Sequence record: NC_061444.1
Reading direction: 5' to 3' (one strand)
Length of the DNA stretch: 64,000 nucleotides
In this document: one piece after another, positions 44,671 to 53,949 of the stretch
How the letters are laid out: each line of letters begins with the position of its first letter
Numbering within the stretch: position 1 is the stretch's first letter
Program-made: the position numbers and the translations under genes
The notes under the pieces: model-generated
What the model saw: only the letters and a program-made list of their open reading frames with translations
Databases searched by the model: none
Told to the model about the DNA's origin: nothing

Positions 44671-45771
44671 TTATCCGCGTACTGCTTTCGCTACTGAACG
44701 CACGTTCGCCAGAGTGAAGGAGAAGGTGCTGGACAGCAGCCAGCCGCGGTCGGTGTTACCCTGGTTAGCGCCAGAAGTTGGGGTAGACTGGGTGCCGCCA
44801 CGAGTGGTGTACACTGCGTGGTAGTCCTGGTCAGCCAGAACGTACAGTTCGCCGTCGTTCAGAACGCGGTGCTCTGGAGCGCGGAAGCCGTCAGTTACCA
44901 GTTCCATACCCAGCAGAGTACCCAGACGACCAGTAGTGATCAGGTCGTATTTGCTTACCGGGTCCAGAGCAGAGGAGAACTGATCGTTACCGACGATATC
45001 GTTCCAGTAGTCCTGCGCCATCACAGCGGTGCTAACAGGCAGCGGCCATGAAGACACAGAATTTTTCAGAGTAGACAGCAGACGCGGAGTCAGGTCACCG
45101 TGAACCCAGGTGATAGGGTTAGCGATGCCAACAGCCTGGTCACAAGCGCGTTTCCACAGACGGTCTTCTGCAACCATGATAGAAGACAGGCCGTCTTGTT
45201 GAGCGCGGTCCAGCAGGTCGCCGTTGATCTGGTCCAGATCCATTTTGCTAACGCGGATGTTGGATTTCAGTTCAAACTCAGCAGGCGTGTAGACACGGCC
45301 GCGGAACTGACGGTAACCGTAGTCGGTAGGACCAGTTGCAATGATCGCTTCCGCCTGGTGGATTTTCAGTTCGATACGAGCGATATCGCCCTGACGAACG
45401 GTAGCGCCTTTACAAACTTTGCGCAGCAGGCCAGCACGTTCAGCACGGTCTTCGATAGATGCAACGATAGATGCACCCAGAGAAGCCCACTTCTCGCCGC
45501 TGCTATCAGCAACAGCTTCTTGGAACAGCTCAACTTTCTCAGCGTCGGTCAGACCGTTCTGAGCGCCGGAGTGAGAGTGAACGATGTTACCGTTGGCAGC
45601 TTCTTCCATCAGACGGCTGATGTTACGCAGAAGGTCTTTGTTGGAGTAGGCGTTGATTTCGCCGGTGCTCTCACTCAGAGCCAGGTCGCCCTTACCGCCG
45701 TAGCGCAGGTCTTCAATTGGGGCACCGTTACGCAGAGTTACTTTTGCGCCGCGCATTAAGGAATTGTTCAT
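44671..45771 (-). CDS. Major capsid protein (HK97 fold)
   Basis: 366 aa, very strong codon bias, follows protease-scaffold-decoration genes; AEDRLW and GRLGTLLGMELVTD motifs. Confidence 0.85.
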   Translation of the reverse strand: MNNSLMRGAKVTLRNGAPIEDLRYGGKGDLALSESTGEINAYSNKDLLRNISRLMEEAANGNIVHSHSGAQNGLTDAEKVELFQEAVADSSGEKWASLGASIVASIEDRAERAGLLRKVCKGATVRQGDIARIELKIHQAEAIIATGPTDYGYRQFRGRVYTPAEFELKSNIRVSKMDLDQINGDLLDRAQQDGLSSIMVAEDRLWKRACDQAVGIANPITWVHGDLTPRLLSTLKNSVSSWPLPVSTAVMAQDYWNDIVGNDQFSSALDPVSKYDLITTGRLGTLLGMELVTDGFRAPEHRVLNDGELYVLADQDYHAVYTTRGGTQSTPTSGANQGNTDRGWLLSSTFSFTLANVRSVAKAVRG

Positions 45772-45830
45772 TAGTTGCTCCTGAGAATAATCTCGTAAGT
45801 TTCAGTTCAAACAGTTACGGTGCGCGACGA

Positions 45831-46538
45831 TTAGGCGCCGTAAGAGGAAGACATTTCAACGATCAGGTAACCGCGATCAGTGGTCGGTGCCTGTTTGATG
45901 ATGCAGCCTTTCAGCACAGTACCCTGGCCGCCGATAGTCAGCAGACCGTTCGGGCCGAGAGTCGGGTGAATCACGTTGTCAGCAGACCAGTCAGCAGTCG
46001 GGTCAAACATAGAGGTAGCGATGTTACCCAGTTTGATGTAGCCGACGCGGCCTTCAACGTTAGACGGCAGACCACCGATAGGTGCATCAGCAGTGTAAGA
46101 ACGCGCTTCGGTCACGGTCAGTTCGTAAGCATACTGGATGCGAACTTTCTTACCCTGGTCGTCAGCGTGGAAGTACAGGTCAGCACCCTGAACACCAACA
46201 GCGCCAGCTTCGGAAGGAGCAGCGTTCGCTTCCTGATCAGCTTTAACGCCGTCGATTTTAACCAGCAGTGCGCCAGCGTTCGGTACGCGTGATGCAGTGA
46301 ACTTTTTGGTAGCGTCGATAACGAACTCTTCAACACGGTTCATGTGCGCAGGCGGCATAGAGCGAGCCAGAGCAAAACCGGCGAATACTTCGTTAGCAGC
46401 ACCAGTAGACAGACGCAGGAAAGAGTGGCCGCCTTCACGGGCCCAAACCAGCGCAACGCCTTCTTCGTGAATTACTTCGCCCGGCAGCAGGTCAGCTTCC
46501 TGGGTCTGTACGATATCGGTAGCATTTTGAAACAGCAT
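45831..46538 (-). CDS. Capsid decoration / stabiliser protein
   Basis: 235 aa, highly biased codons, directly upstream of the capsid gene. Confidence 0.55.
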   Translation of the reverse strand: MLFQNATDIVQTQEADLLPGEVIHEEGVALVWAREGGHSFLRLSTGAANEVFAGFALARSMPPAHMNRVEEFVIDATKKFTASRVPNAGALLVKIDGVKADQEANAAPSEAGAVGVQGADLYFHADDQGKKVRIQYAYELTVTEARSYTADAPIGGLPSNVEGRVGYIKLGNIATSMFDPTADWSADNVIHPTLGPNGLLTIGGQGTVLKGCIIKQAPTTDRGYLIVEMSSSYGA

Positions 46539-46590
46539 GATGTTTCTCCAATAAGAGAGATTAGAAAGTAACTGTCAGGGTACGCCTCAG

Positions 46591-48612
46591 TTAACCGAGG
46601 CGCAGACGGGACAGCTTATCTTCGAATGAGCCAGTGGAAGCTGAACTCTGGGATTCAACGGTGTCGTTGTCCTGAGCAAGCAATTCAGCAGCGGTCGCCG
46701 CAGCTTTTGGCTGAGCGGTTACAACCTGCTGTTGAACAACCGATGCGCGTTCAGCACTTACAGTGCCAGCAGCAGCGTCGATAGACTCAGAGATTTCGTT
46801 CTGGGCGACTTCGGACTTGCTCATGAGGTCCATCGCTTTTGACAGCGAAGTAGTCAGGAAGTCTTTGCCGTGAGCGATAAACGCACGTTCAATCAGAGCG
46901 CGAGGCTCTTTGATACCGGCAGCAGACAGAGAGCTAACCAGACTATCAACGATTGGGTTGCGTACATCACCCCAGAAGTTTTTGGTAACACCCAGCTGGG
47001 ATGCAGACAGGGCAGCGACGAAGCGATCAGTGTAAGCTGAGGTTGCTTCTTCGATAGTGCCGGTAACGTTCGCAGTAGCTTCGCTAATACGTGCGTCAGA
47101 CTGCGCAGCCAGAAGTTTTTCGACAGGCATTTCAATCTGATACGGCATAAAGCCGAACGCTTCACAGGTACCAGTAACACCCGCCTGATTCAGAGAGTGT
47201 GATACTGCACGAATGAAATTATCAGATGCGAAAGATTTCACCGCATTTTCTTCGCCTACAGCATTAGACACAGAAGCGAGGGTAGCGCGAGCAAGCGGCT
47301 GGCCATCGTAGTACATGTGTACAGTGTTCAGAGTGCCAGTAGCGCGGCTCAGGCTTACCAGAGCAGGGTCCAGCGTACCGTGTTGCGCTTGTGCAGTGGA
47401 CAGACTATCGAAGGTGCGAGAGACAGTGCCGCTTTCAGAGTCGATATCGTCTTCGTCGTCGAGGTCGAGATCGTCTTCTTCCAGATCTTCGTCGTCGAGG
47501 TCTTCGTCTTCGTCGTCAGAACCGGATTCAGAGTCGATATCATCTTCTTCCAGATCTTCGTCGTCGAGGTCGAGATCGTCTTCGTCGTCGAGATCTTCTT
47601 CGTCATCGGAGCTGGATTCAGAATCGAAGTCGTCTTCTTCATCTTCTTCCAGATCATCCATGTCTTCGTCGTCGAGATCTTCTTCGTCCAGATCTTCTTC
47701 GTCGAGGTCATCCTCGTCGTCGATATCATCGTCTTCGTCATCGTTAGATGATTCAGAATCGAAGTCGTCATCCTCGTCGCCAGCGTCTTCGTCGTCGAGG
47801 TCGTCTTCTTCAATGATATCAATGTCGCTATCGTCGTCGCCGGACTGAGATTCAATCGGCTCGTCGACCAGAGCGGCAGAACAGTGCGCACAGAACACAG
47901 GCTCTTCATCAGAGCTTACAGTGAACGGCTGTTCGCATTTAGCGGAGCAGCTATACATGTGCGCTTCGACTTCACCGTCAGCAGAGGACAGCGCAGCGAG
48001 AGCTTCTGGAGCTTCTTGCGGTTCGCATTTCTCAACAGACTGGCCGGTGTACGGGTCGAAGTTTACGGCAGTAGCAGCGTTGAAGCTACCAGTACCAGAC
48101 AGCGCGGTGAACGCGTGTGCGTTGCTCAGTGCCAGCGCGAAGTTACGTTGTGCAGCTTCGGCAGTCTTGCCTGTAGCAACCAGACCAGTGTGTTCGATTT
48201 GTTCGTCAGCAGAAGCGGATTCGGCCAGGAACTGAGTAACACGCTCGTCAGTGATTTCTGACAGGTCAGCAGAGCACGACGGGCAGCAGCCCTGAACCAG
48301 AGCAGCAGAGTCAGAGATAACGTGGCTACCACAACCATCAAGACAGATGGTGTAATGAGCTTTCACATCACCAGCAGTGGACTGCGACTGGACTTCGGCT
48401 TTCTCAACCAAATCAGGATGCTCCACCAGCAGTTCTTCACCGCCGTTCGGATTGTAGAGATCAGCGCCACTCTGCGAAGCAAAGCCTACACCATCAGAGG
48501 ACCCGAAAATCATCAGGTTCTGACCGGTTGCAGTACGGCGAAAGTTCTCTACTGCCTGATTATGGTTTTGACCGACACACAGGATACCCGCGAGTTGGGT
48601 AATCTTTGGCAT
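46591..48612 (-). CDS. Prohead scaffold protein with two Cys clusters and a long acidic tract
   Basis: Between protease region and capsid; CLDGC...CCPSC and CSAKC...CAHC; ~140-aa D/E tract; likely start MPKI at 48612. Confidence 0.65.
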   Translation of the reverse strand: MPKITQLAGILCVGQNHNQAVENFRRTATGQNLMIFGSSDGVGFASQSGADLYNPNGGEELLVEHPDLVEKAEVQSQSTAGDVKAHYTICLDGCGSHVISDSAALVQGCCPSCSADLSEITDERVTQFLAESASADEQIEHTGLVATGKTAEAAQRNFALALSNAHAFTALSGTGSFNAATAVNFDPYTGQSVEKCEPQEAPEALAALSSADGEVEAHMYSCSAKCEQPFTVSSDEEPVFCAHCSAALVDEPIESQSGDDDSDIDIIEEDDLDDEDAGDEDDDFDSESSNDDEDDDIDDEDDLDEEDLDEEDLDDEDMDDLEEDEEDDFDSESSSDDEEDLDDEDDLDLDDEDLEEDDIDSESGSDDEDEDLDDEDLEEDDLDLDDEDDIDSESGTVSRTFDSLSTAQAQHGTLDPALVSLSRATGTLNTVHMYYDGQPLARATLASVSNAVGEENAVKSFASDNFIRAVSHSLNQAGVTGTCEAFGFMPYQIEMPVEKLLAAQSDARISEATANVTGTIEEATSAYTDRFVAALSASQLGVTKNFWGDVRNPIVDSLVSSLSAAGIKEPRALIERAFIAHGKDFLTTSLSKAMDLMSKSEVAQNEISESIDAAAGTVSAERASVVQQQVVTAQPKAAATAAELLAQDNDTVESQSSASTGSFEDKLSRLRLG
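47440..47790 (-). repeat. Degenerate coding repeats producing D/E-rich units ending in DSES
   Basis: Recurring plus-strand tcgtcgtcgaggtcgagatcgtcttc and gagtcgatatc units. Confidence 0.7.
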
Positions 48613-48690
48613 GGTTAAAACCCTCATAGAATTTATAGTCGTTGAATCGACAGGTTGAAATTAACGATTGCAGAAAAAATTCAAGTATTT

Positions 48691-49821
48691 TTAAATTTTT
48701 CTGCTATCAATGTCAGTTTGTGGAATATATCTGTTTTCGAAGTATTTCGACACTACTTCGACGCCATTTAACGTATAAACGTTACGTAGGCTATATCCCC
48801 AAACCATCAGTTCAGCAAGCGTTGCAAAGTGCTCCGCAGGTACTGATTTAATGGTTAACGCGTTCATAGAATCCGGGTGGATTTTCTTGCCGCGAATAGC
48901 CTGTTCGAACTTCATACGGTCTACGTTACGCAGCATTGTATGGTCCACAAAGTGGGCTAATTCATGCGTAATAACGTGTGCCATAGACAGGCTATTATAA
49001 CCACCTAGTAGCTGTACTAGCTGCGCTGGATGGATTGATATTGCACCATACAGGAAGCCATGTACGCGATACGTTGCGATGTGACTACCACCACTATCTG
49101 AGTTAGCTTTTAACACGCCAACATACAGACGTTTAAATGGCAGTTCAAGGTTCAGGCCAACGCCCGGCATAACGTTTTCCTGAATGTCTTTCAGAACATA
49201 ATCAGGAGGGCTAATGCCGTTTTTCTCAAGCGTAACGCCCGGCACACGCAAATCATCCATACCCAGTATTTCAAGATGCACACGTCCGCACTTCTTGACA
49301 GGCTTGGTTGCGTAGTTATTAGGCGTACCACCCGGATAGATTGCCGAGGCATATTTCAGTGGTTTGAAATTACCAAAATCAGGCATATCAGCCACACGAC
49401 GCTGCGCTGCTTTCATTGAATCAGGCGTGTCTTCTTCGCTCTGTTCAGGCGCTACATCAGGTGTTGGTTCCGGCTCAGGCTCTTTGTTGAGTTTAACAGG
49501 CTTGGCTTTGGGTTCTGGTGCTGGTGGCTCAGGCTTCTTCTGCTTCTCCTCGTAAGGAGTGAAGTCGAAGTCAGGCTTAAAGAGAGCGTCAGGCTTAGCA
49601 GTGAATGGGCGACTATTCTGAATGAGCTTGTCACCGTCTTCTCCACTGATTGCATATGCCTGATCGTATTTAGGGTGGGCTATGTAGTACAGGTCGCTGT
49701 TTACTTTGAGAAGGCCAATGACCTCTCGCGGTTCCATATGGACGCCGTTTGAGATCATTGCCGCCTGCCCAAGATAGCGATAGTACGAATAGTCTGCGAT
49801 TGCTAGACCTTCCGGCATCAC
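48691..49821 (-). CDS. Zincin-like (HExxH) protein with N-terminal shared domain
   Basis: VITHELAHFVDH and downstream EHFA; N-terminus SYYRYLG...EVIGL...NSRPF. Confidence 0.65.
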   Translation of the reverse strand: MMPEGLAIADYSYYRYLGQAAMISNGVHMEPREVIGLLKVNSDLYYIAHPKYDQAYAISGEDGDKLIQNSRPFTAKPDALFKPDFDFTPYEEKQKKPEPPAPEPKAKPVKLNKEPEPEPTPDVAPEQSEEDTPDSMKAAQRRVADMPDFGNFKPLKYASAIYPGGTPNNYATKPVKKCGRVHLEILGMDDLRVPGVTLEKNGISPPDYVLKDIQENVMPGVGLNLELPFKRLYVGVLKANSDSGGSHIATYRVHGFLYGAISIHPAQLVQLLGGYNSLSMAHVITHELAHFVDHTMLRNVDRMKFEQAIRGKKIHPDSMNALTIKSVPAEHFATLAELMVWGYSLRNVYTLNGVEVVSKYFENRYIPQTDIDSRKI

Positions 49822-50597
49822 GCCATCCTTAACAGATGTTCTTTGTACGTTGCAGCACAGGCGAATGCTGGGTCATCTACGCTACTGCATTCGAAGCCGG
49901 TAAGCATCTTACAGTCACGATATACCAGACGGCCTGTACGCGCATCGAGATAGGTTGGTTTGTTAAATGCTGTGTGCGAACAGAAGTTACGCATCTTAGG
50001 CGTCACCAACTGACCACAGATACTGCACTTATACGCACGGTACGTTGTGCCTTTGCTGTACGTGTTCAGTTCACCGCTCAGGATTCGGTCGCAGCGTTCT
50101 TTACAACGCGTACGGTCAAACGCCAGCAGCAGAGTCAGACGTGCGTGGTCGCCACGGAAGTTCTTGAGCTTAGACAGGTTGCTGTCAAAGATCATACCCA
50201 TAGCCTGACGGTAGTCTTTGTTGTTGTGCTCGATAAACGTCGGCTTACCAATGAACGTCTGATATGCAAGACGGCCTTGGTCTGGGTTGAACGTCAACCA
50301 CTCTTGCAGACTAAACGCATCACCGTTAGTGTTCGGTAGTTCAGTGATGTTTACCGGAACAGGAACGATGATATAGTCGCGGATATCGCGTGATGTGTTG
50401 TACTGCTCGGCCGCTTTAGGCAACCACACGTTCACGTCAAGGTTAAAGGAGCCTGTCTGAATACCGAAGCGAGAAGCATCCACACGAATAGATTTAGCTG
50501 TACGGCTAACATCTTCTTTGTGCATGTCAATCGCGTTCAATCCGACGAGGCCCATGTCTGACGTATCAAACGATTCAGACTTTACTGTCTGGGTCAT
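49818..50597 (-). CDS. Prohead maturation protease with Cys cluster
   Basis: PNTNGDAF...GKPTFIEHN...FECSSVDDPA fits HK97/T4-type prohead protease His/Ser motifs; CSICG...CSH insert; likely start MTQTV at 50597. Confidence 0.8.
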   Translation of the reverse strand: MTQTVKSESFDTSDMGLVGLNAIDMHKEDVSRTAKSIRVDASRFGIQTGSFNLDVNVWLPKAAEQYNTSRDIRDYIIVPVPVNITELPNTNGDAFSLQEWLTFNPDQGRLAYQTFIGKPTFIEHNNKDYRQAMGMIFDSNLSKLKNFRGDHARLTLLLAFDRTRCKERCDRILSGELNTYSKGTTYRAYKCSICGQLVTPKMRNFCSHTAFNKPTYLDARTGRLVYRDCKMLTGFECSSVDDPAFACAATYKEHLLRMA

Positions 50598-50607
50598 CGT
50601 GTTCTCC

Positions 50608-51024
50608 CTATTGGAAATTGTTGATGTTATCAACGCTTGCGTTGGCTAAGCGGACACACCCCTCTTCAACTTGAAAAGCATTGAGTCCGTCCATAGTGCT
50701 TAACCAGTAGCGTAGCCGTCCATCTGAAATTACTGCGTTTTCAACATACGCAAGAACTTCTCGGCCTGAATCTTTCAGTGTAGCAATAACCTCAACGCCG
50801 GGATAAAACACGTCGAAGGATTTCGTACTGAATATAGGCTTGACGATATCCTTCTCCGGAACCGGGTGCTGTGCGTAGCGACTTCCAATCATATAGATAG
50901 CTTCATCTTTATTGATCAGAATCGAATTGATAGTGCCACGCAGAATACACGGTGAGCAATGCTTCGAGGGAACTTCAAACGAAACAATGTCACCAATGTT
51001 ATAGTCAAAAGAGAATTGCGGCAT
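50608..51024 (-). CDS. Hypothetical protein with two SH3/Tudor-like repeats
   Basis: YNIGDIVSF... and FYPGVEVIA... repeats; ATG 51024 with GAGG RBS. Confidence 0.6.
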   Translation of the reverse strand: MPQFSFDYNIGDIVSFEVPSKHCSPCILRGTINSILINKDEAIYMIGSRYAQHPVPEKDIVKPIFSTKSFDVFYPGVEVIATLKDSGREVLAYVENAVISDGRLRYWLSTMDGLNAFQVEEGCVRLANASVDNINNFQ

Positions 51025-51025
51025 G

Positions 51026-51904
51026 TTAACCTCGCAATGCACCACGCGCCCAAGACTTAGCGAGAGCCAGAGTCATACGCGCAGGGTTATGCAGCTTGAC
51101 TTCACCTTTATGGACAGCAGTGAACGGTTCATGCGCGTTCGCACTACGTCCTGAGCGATACGCAGCTTCGTTGAAACCATCAAACAGGGTTACTACCCAG
51201 CCTGTAGATTTCTCAGAGCATTCACCACACGCTTTATCCCACGCAATCTTACCGCACACACGTCCACCAGCATTGACAGCATAACTAATCTGCTCAGTGC
51301 CTTTGTAGATATCAGGCGACTTGATGGTCTTGAACGTTACGCGAGAAGCAGACTCAGAGCGTGGAACCATCTTCTCTTTCAGCGCTTCAATATCCAGCGA
51401 CGACCAGAACGATTCAAACAGCGCAGCAAACTTCTGCTCGATAGGCAGATTGATCGCGTTGATTTGTGCGATGGTACTGGAGCTATCGTTGAGCACACGG
51501 TTAATGAAATAACCGCCGATAACGACAGGCATCTGCGTTCCCTGAGAGCCAGCCGTCAGGCCAGCTTTCTTGCAATAGATCTCAGACAGACCGATAGCAA
51601 GACGTGCCATAGTCATGAACGTTTGCTTCTCGGTCGAGTTCGCAATCTCAGTGTAGATACGCGCAGCGATAGCAGGAACGACAGTACGCTTTGCCACACT
51701 CAGAATATCCTCTGGCGTGATTGACTGACCTAGCTTTTTACGCGCAGCCAGTTCAAAGGCGTTAATCAGGCTTGCTTTGTTCGCTGGTGTCAGAGACTCC
51801 CCTAACTTGATAGTCATCTGCTCGGAGCTGCTCACTATGTTCGGAGCTGGAGCCGTCTTGAGTCTCTGCACCCCCGACGTTGACTTCATTCGCTGTACTG
51901 TCAT
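51026..51904 (-). CDS. Hypothetical protein (292 aa)
   Basis: AGGAAG RBS; long ORF whose start overlaps the glycosyltransferase C-terminus. Confidence 0.65.
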   Translation of the reverse strand: MTVQRMKSTSGVQRLKTAPAPNIVSSSEQMTIKLGESLTPANKASLINAFELAARKKLGQSITPEDILSVAKRTVVPAIAARIYTEIANSTEKQTFMTMARLAIGLSEIYCKKAGLTAGSQGTQMPVVIGGYFINRVLNDSSSTIAQINAINLPIEQKFAALFESFWSSLDIEALKEKMVPRSESASRVTFKTIKSPDIYKGTEQISYAVNAGGRVCGKIAWDKACGECSEKSTGWVVTLFDGFNEAAYRSGRSANAHEPFTAVHKGEVKLHNPARMTLALAKSWARGALRG

Positions 51905-53009
51905 TTGATTCTTCCTGAGTTACAGGCTGCACATATGAGAGCAGCCCAGAGTTCTGAATTGCCTCATTCAGATCTTCACCACGTAGCATGGTAAGTTGAG
52001 CGAGGTAGTTGAGAGCAGGTTCAACCAGACCGAGATTACGACAGCCCCAATAAGCTGTTTCGTAACATAGATCTAAATTAATAGAGGTCTGGTCGAACAA
52101 GAAACTTTTTGGATTCTGCTTAGAGGCATCAATACCTTGAATTGCCATGCCCACCGCGTTCATCATATCGTTGTGACGATAGAAGATATCCGCAATCATA
52201 CCGTAGCATTCAATGCGGTCAGGACGATACGCTATTGCTCGATAACAAGCAGCAATCGCCTCCTGCGTGAAGCCCTGTTTGAACGTTGCTTTTGCCAGTT
52301 CAAGGTTAGCGATTGATACGTAGTCTGCCCACTTAGCAATACCAGCAAGGCGATCTACTTCACGACGCGCATCATCCAGCAAATCAGGGCGTTCGTTGTA
52401 GCTTACTGCGTAGCACAGTTCACGCGCATAGTAGAAACTGCAACGATCATCATGCGGGTAATCACCAACGTCTTTACCCAGCTCAAGCAAATAGTTGCGA
52501 GGCTTTGTCTGGTCAGGGTAATGGTCGGTTGCAAACGATGCTTCTACCCAACGCAAGTTCTGTCCAGGCTTACGGGAAGACAGGACTTCATGCGCACGAT
52601 ACTTCCAGAAGTAAGATCGACGACGATACGCTTTCATCTGCTGGTAGTGACTGTCACCGTTGCGCATCAGAATCCAAACAGCTTCTGCGTGTTTGATGTG
52701 TTTCGTATTGCGTAACGTTTCAACCCAATCAGGATCATCGAAACGTTCGTCAATGTCGAGCCACACAACGAGGTCATCTTCGGAGAACGGCGTAGCGGCC
52801 AGTTCACGACTCGCGCCTAGATTACGTTCTTCTGATACGTCGAACATATGATACAGGTTCGGGTGCGTGAACGCCGAGATGATGTTAGTAGTCTGGTCTT
52901 CGCTGCCTGTGTCAACGATACTAATCGCATCAGCCTTAGCAACGTGCTTCAACCACTCACCGATATTCTTTTCTTCATTACGGCAGATAGCCGCTACGCA
53001 GATTCTCAT
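51762..53009 (-). CDS. Family 2 glycosyltransferase with TPR repeats
   Basis: ICRNEEKNIGEWL...IVDTGSEDQT, DxD (WLDIDE), HE motif, then helical TPR-like repeats (FYYAREL, ACYRAIAYRPDRIECY). Confidence 0.9.
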   Translation of the reverse strand: MRICVAAICRNEEKNIGEWLKHVAKADAISIVDTGSEDQTTNIISAFTHPNLYHMFDVSEERNLGASRELAATPFSEDDLVVWLDIDERFDDPDWVETLRNTKHIKHAEAVWILMRNGDSHYQQMKAYRRRSYFWKYRAHEVLSSRKPGQNLRWVEASFATDHYPDQTKPRNYLLELGKDVGDYPHDDRCSFYYARELCYAVSYNERPDLLDDARREVDRLAGIAKWADYVSIANLELAKATFKQGFTQEAIAACYRAIAYRPDRIECYGMIADIFYRHNDMMNAVGMAIQGIDASKQNPKSFLFDQTSINLDLCYETAYWGCRNLGLVEPALNYLAQLTMLRGEDLNEAIQNSGLLSYVQPVTQEESNDSTANEVNVGGAETQDGSSSEHSEQLRADDYQVRGVSDTSEQSKPD

Positions 53010-53025
53010 GTTTGCCTCATTTGGG

Positions 53026-53949
53026 TTATACTAAAATGTTACCACTATCCCACCACTGCTTGCCATAGATATCAGACAGGCGATAGTCAAGGATGATAGG
53101 TTGGTCGAGATCGACTTGCAGCATATATTGCTGCGTGTACGGATTCCACACTGTTCTTTCCTCAGTGTAGAGCCGTATCTCAAGTTCAATGTCGCCCTGT
53201 GAGTTTTTCGGTACGAATGGATGGGAATAGTTACCATCAAAGCCCGTACCGAGAGAGTCATCGAAATAAGTGTACGCACGAATTTCTTCCGCGCTGTCGA
53301 TCACGGTAGGCGCATACACTCGATGGTTGTAGTAAGAGGTATAATCAGCAACGGTTGATTGCATGACAGTACGACGCTTGAAAATTCGCTTCACACCCTG
53401 AGCGTCTGTCTCTGCACGATACTGGTTGTAGTACCAGCTAATCTGCGCGAACTTGACAGGCTTCAATGATGCCTGACCGGAAGCGTACTTCATGAACGGC
53501 TTCGCAGTGAAACGATGGTATGTCTTCTGCGTGTTCAGTCTGTACACCAGCATCTGATACGTGTGCCACTGATAAACATCAAGGGTAATCGTACCTGAGT
53601 CTGATTGCTGCGTACCGTTAGTCAGGATGTAAGCGAAACAGTCAGCGCCAACGTAACCGCTTCGTGGACTGTAGATGAACGCATCGTTGAAGTTGTTCAA
53701 TCGCACTGTGCCGACCATCGGGTCATTAACCTTGATAGCAGAAAGGTGCCAACCCCTTTGAGCTGGCACCTTATCAAGCACACCCTCAGTAGGGCTATGC
53801 AACGTCACTTCATCACGAGCGCCTTGTAAGATCTTTTCGAGCGTTATCTCAGTTTCACCTGAGTTACGCACTCGCACAGTCAGGTTCGGAGCCAGCGGTT
53901 TATAGTTACGCCAGTAGTCGAACGTACAAGGCAAAGAGAGCATAATCAC
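53026..53949 (-). CDS. Virion protein with cadherin/Big_9-like Ig domain
   Basis: GTVRLNNFNDAFIYSPRSGYVGADCFAYILTNG...GTITLDV. Confidence 0.7.
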   Translation of the reverse strand: MIMLSLPCTFDYWRNYKPLAPNLTVRVRNSGETEITLEKILQGARDEVTLHSPTEGVLDKVPAQRGWHLSAIKVNDPMVGTVRLNNFNDAFIYSPRSGYVGADCFAYILTNGTQQSDSGTITLDVYQWHTYQMLVYRLNTQKTYHRFTAKPFMKYASGQASLKPVKFAQISWYYNQYRAETDAQGVKRIFKRRTVMQSTVADYTSYYNHRVYAPTVIDSAEEIRAYTYFDDSLGTGFDGNYSHPFVPKNSQGDIELEIRLYTEERTVWNPYTQQYMLQVDLDQPIILDYRLSDIYGKQWWDSGNILV

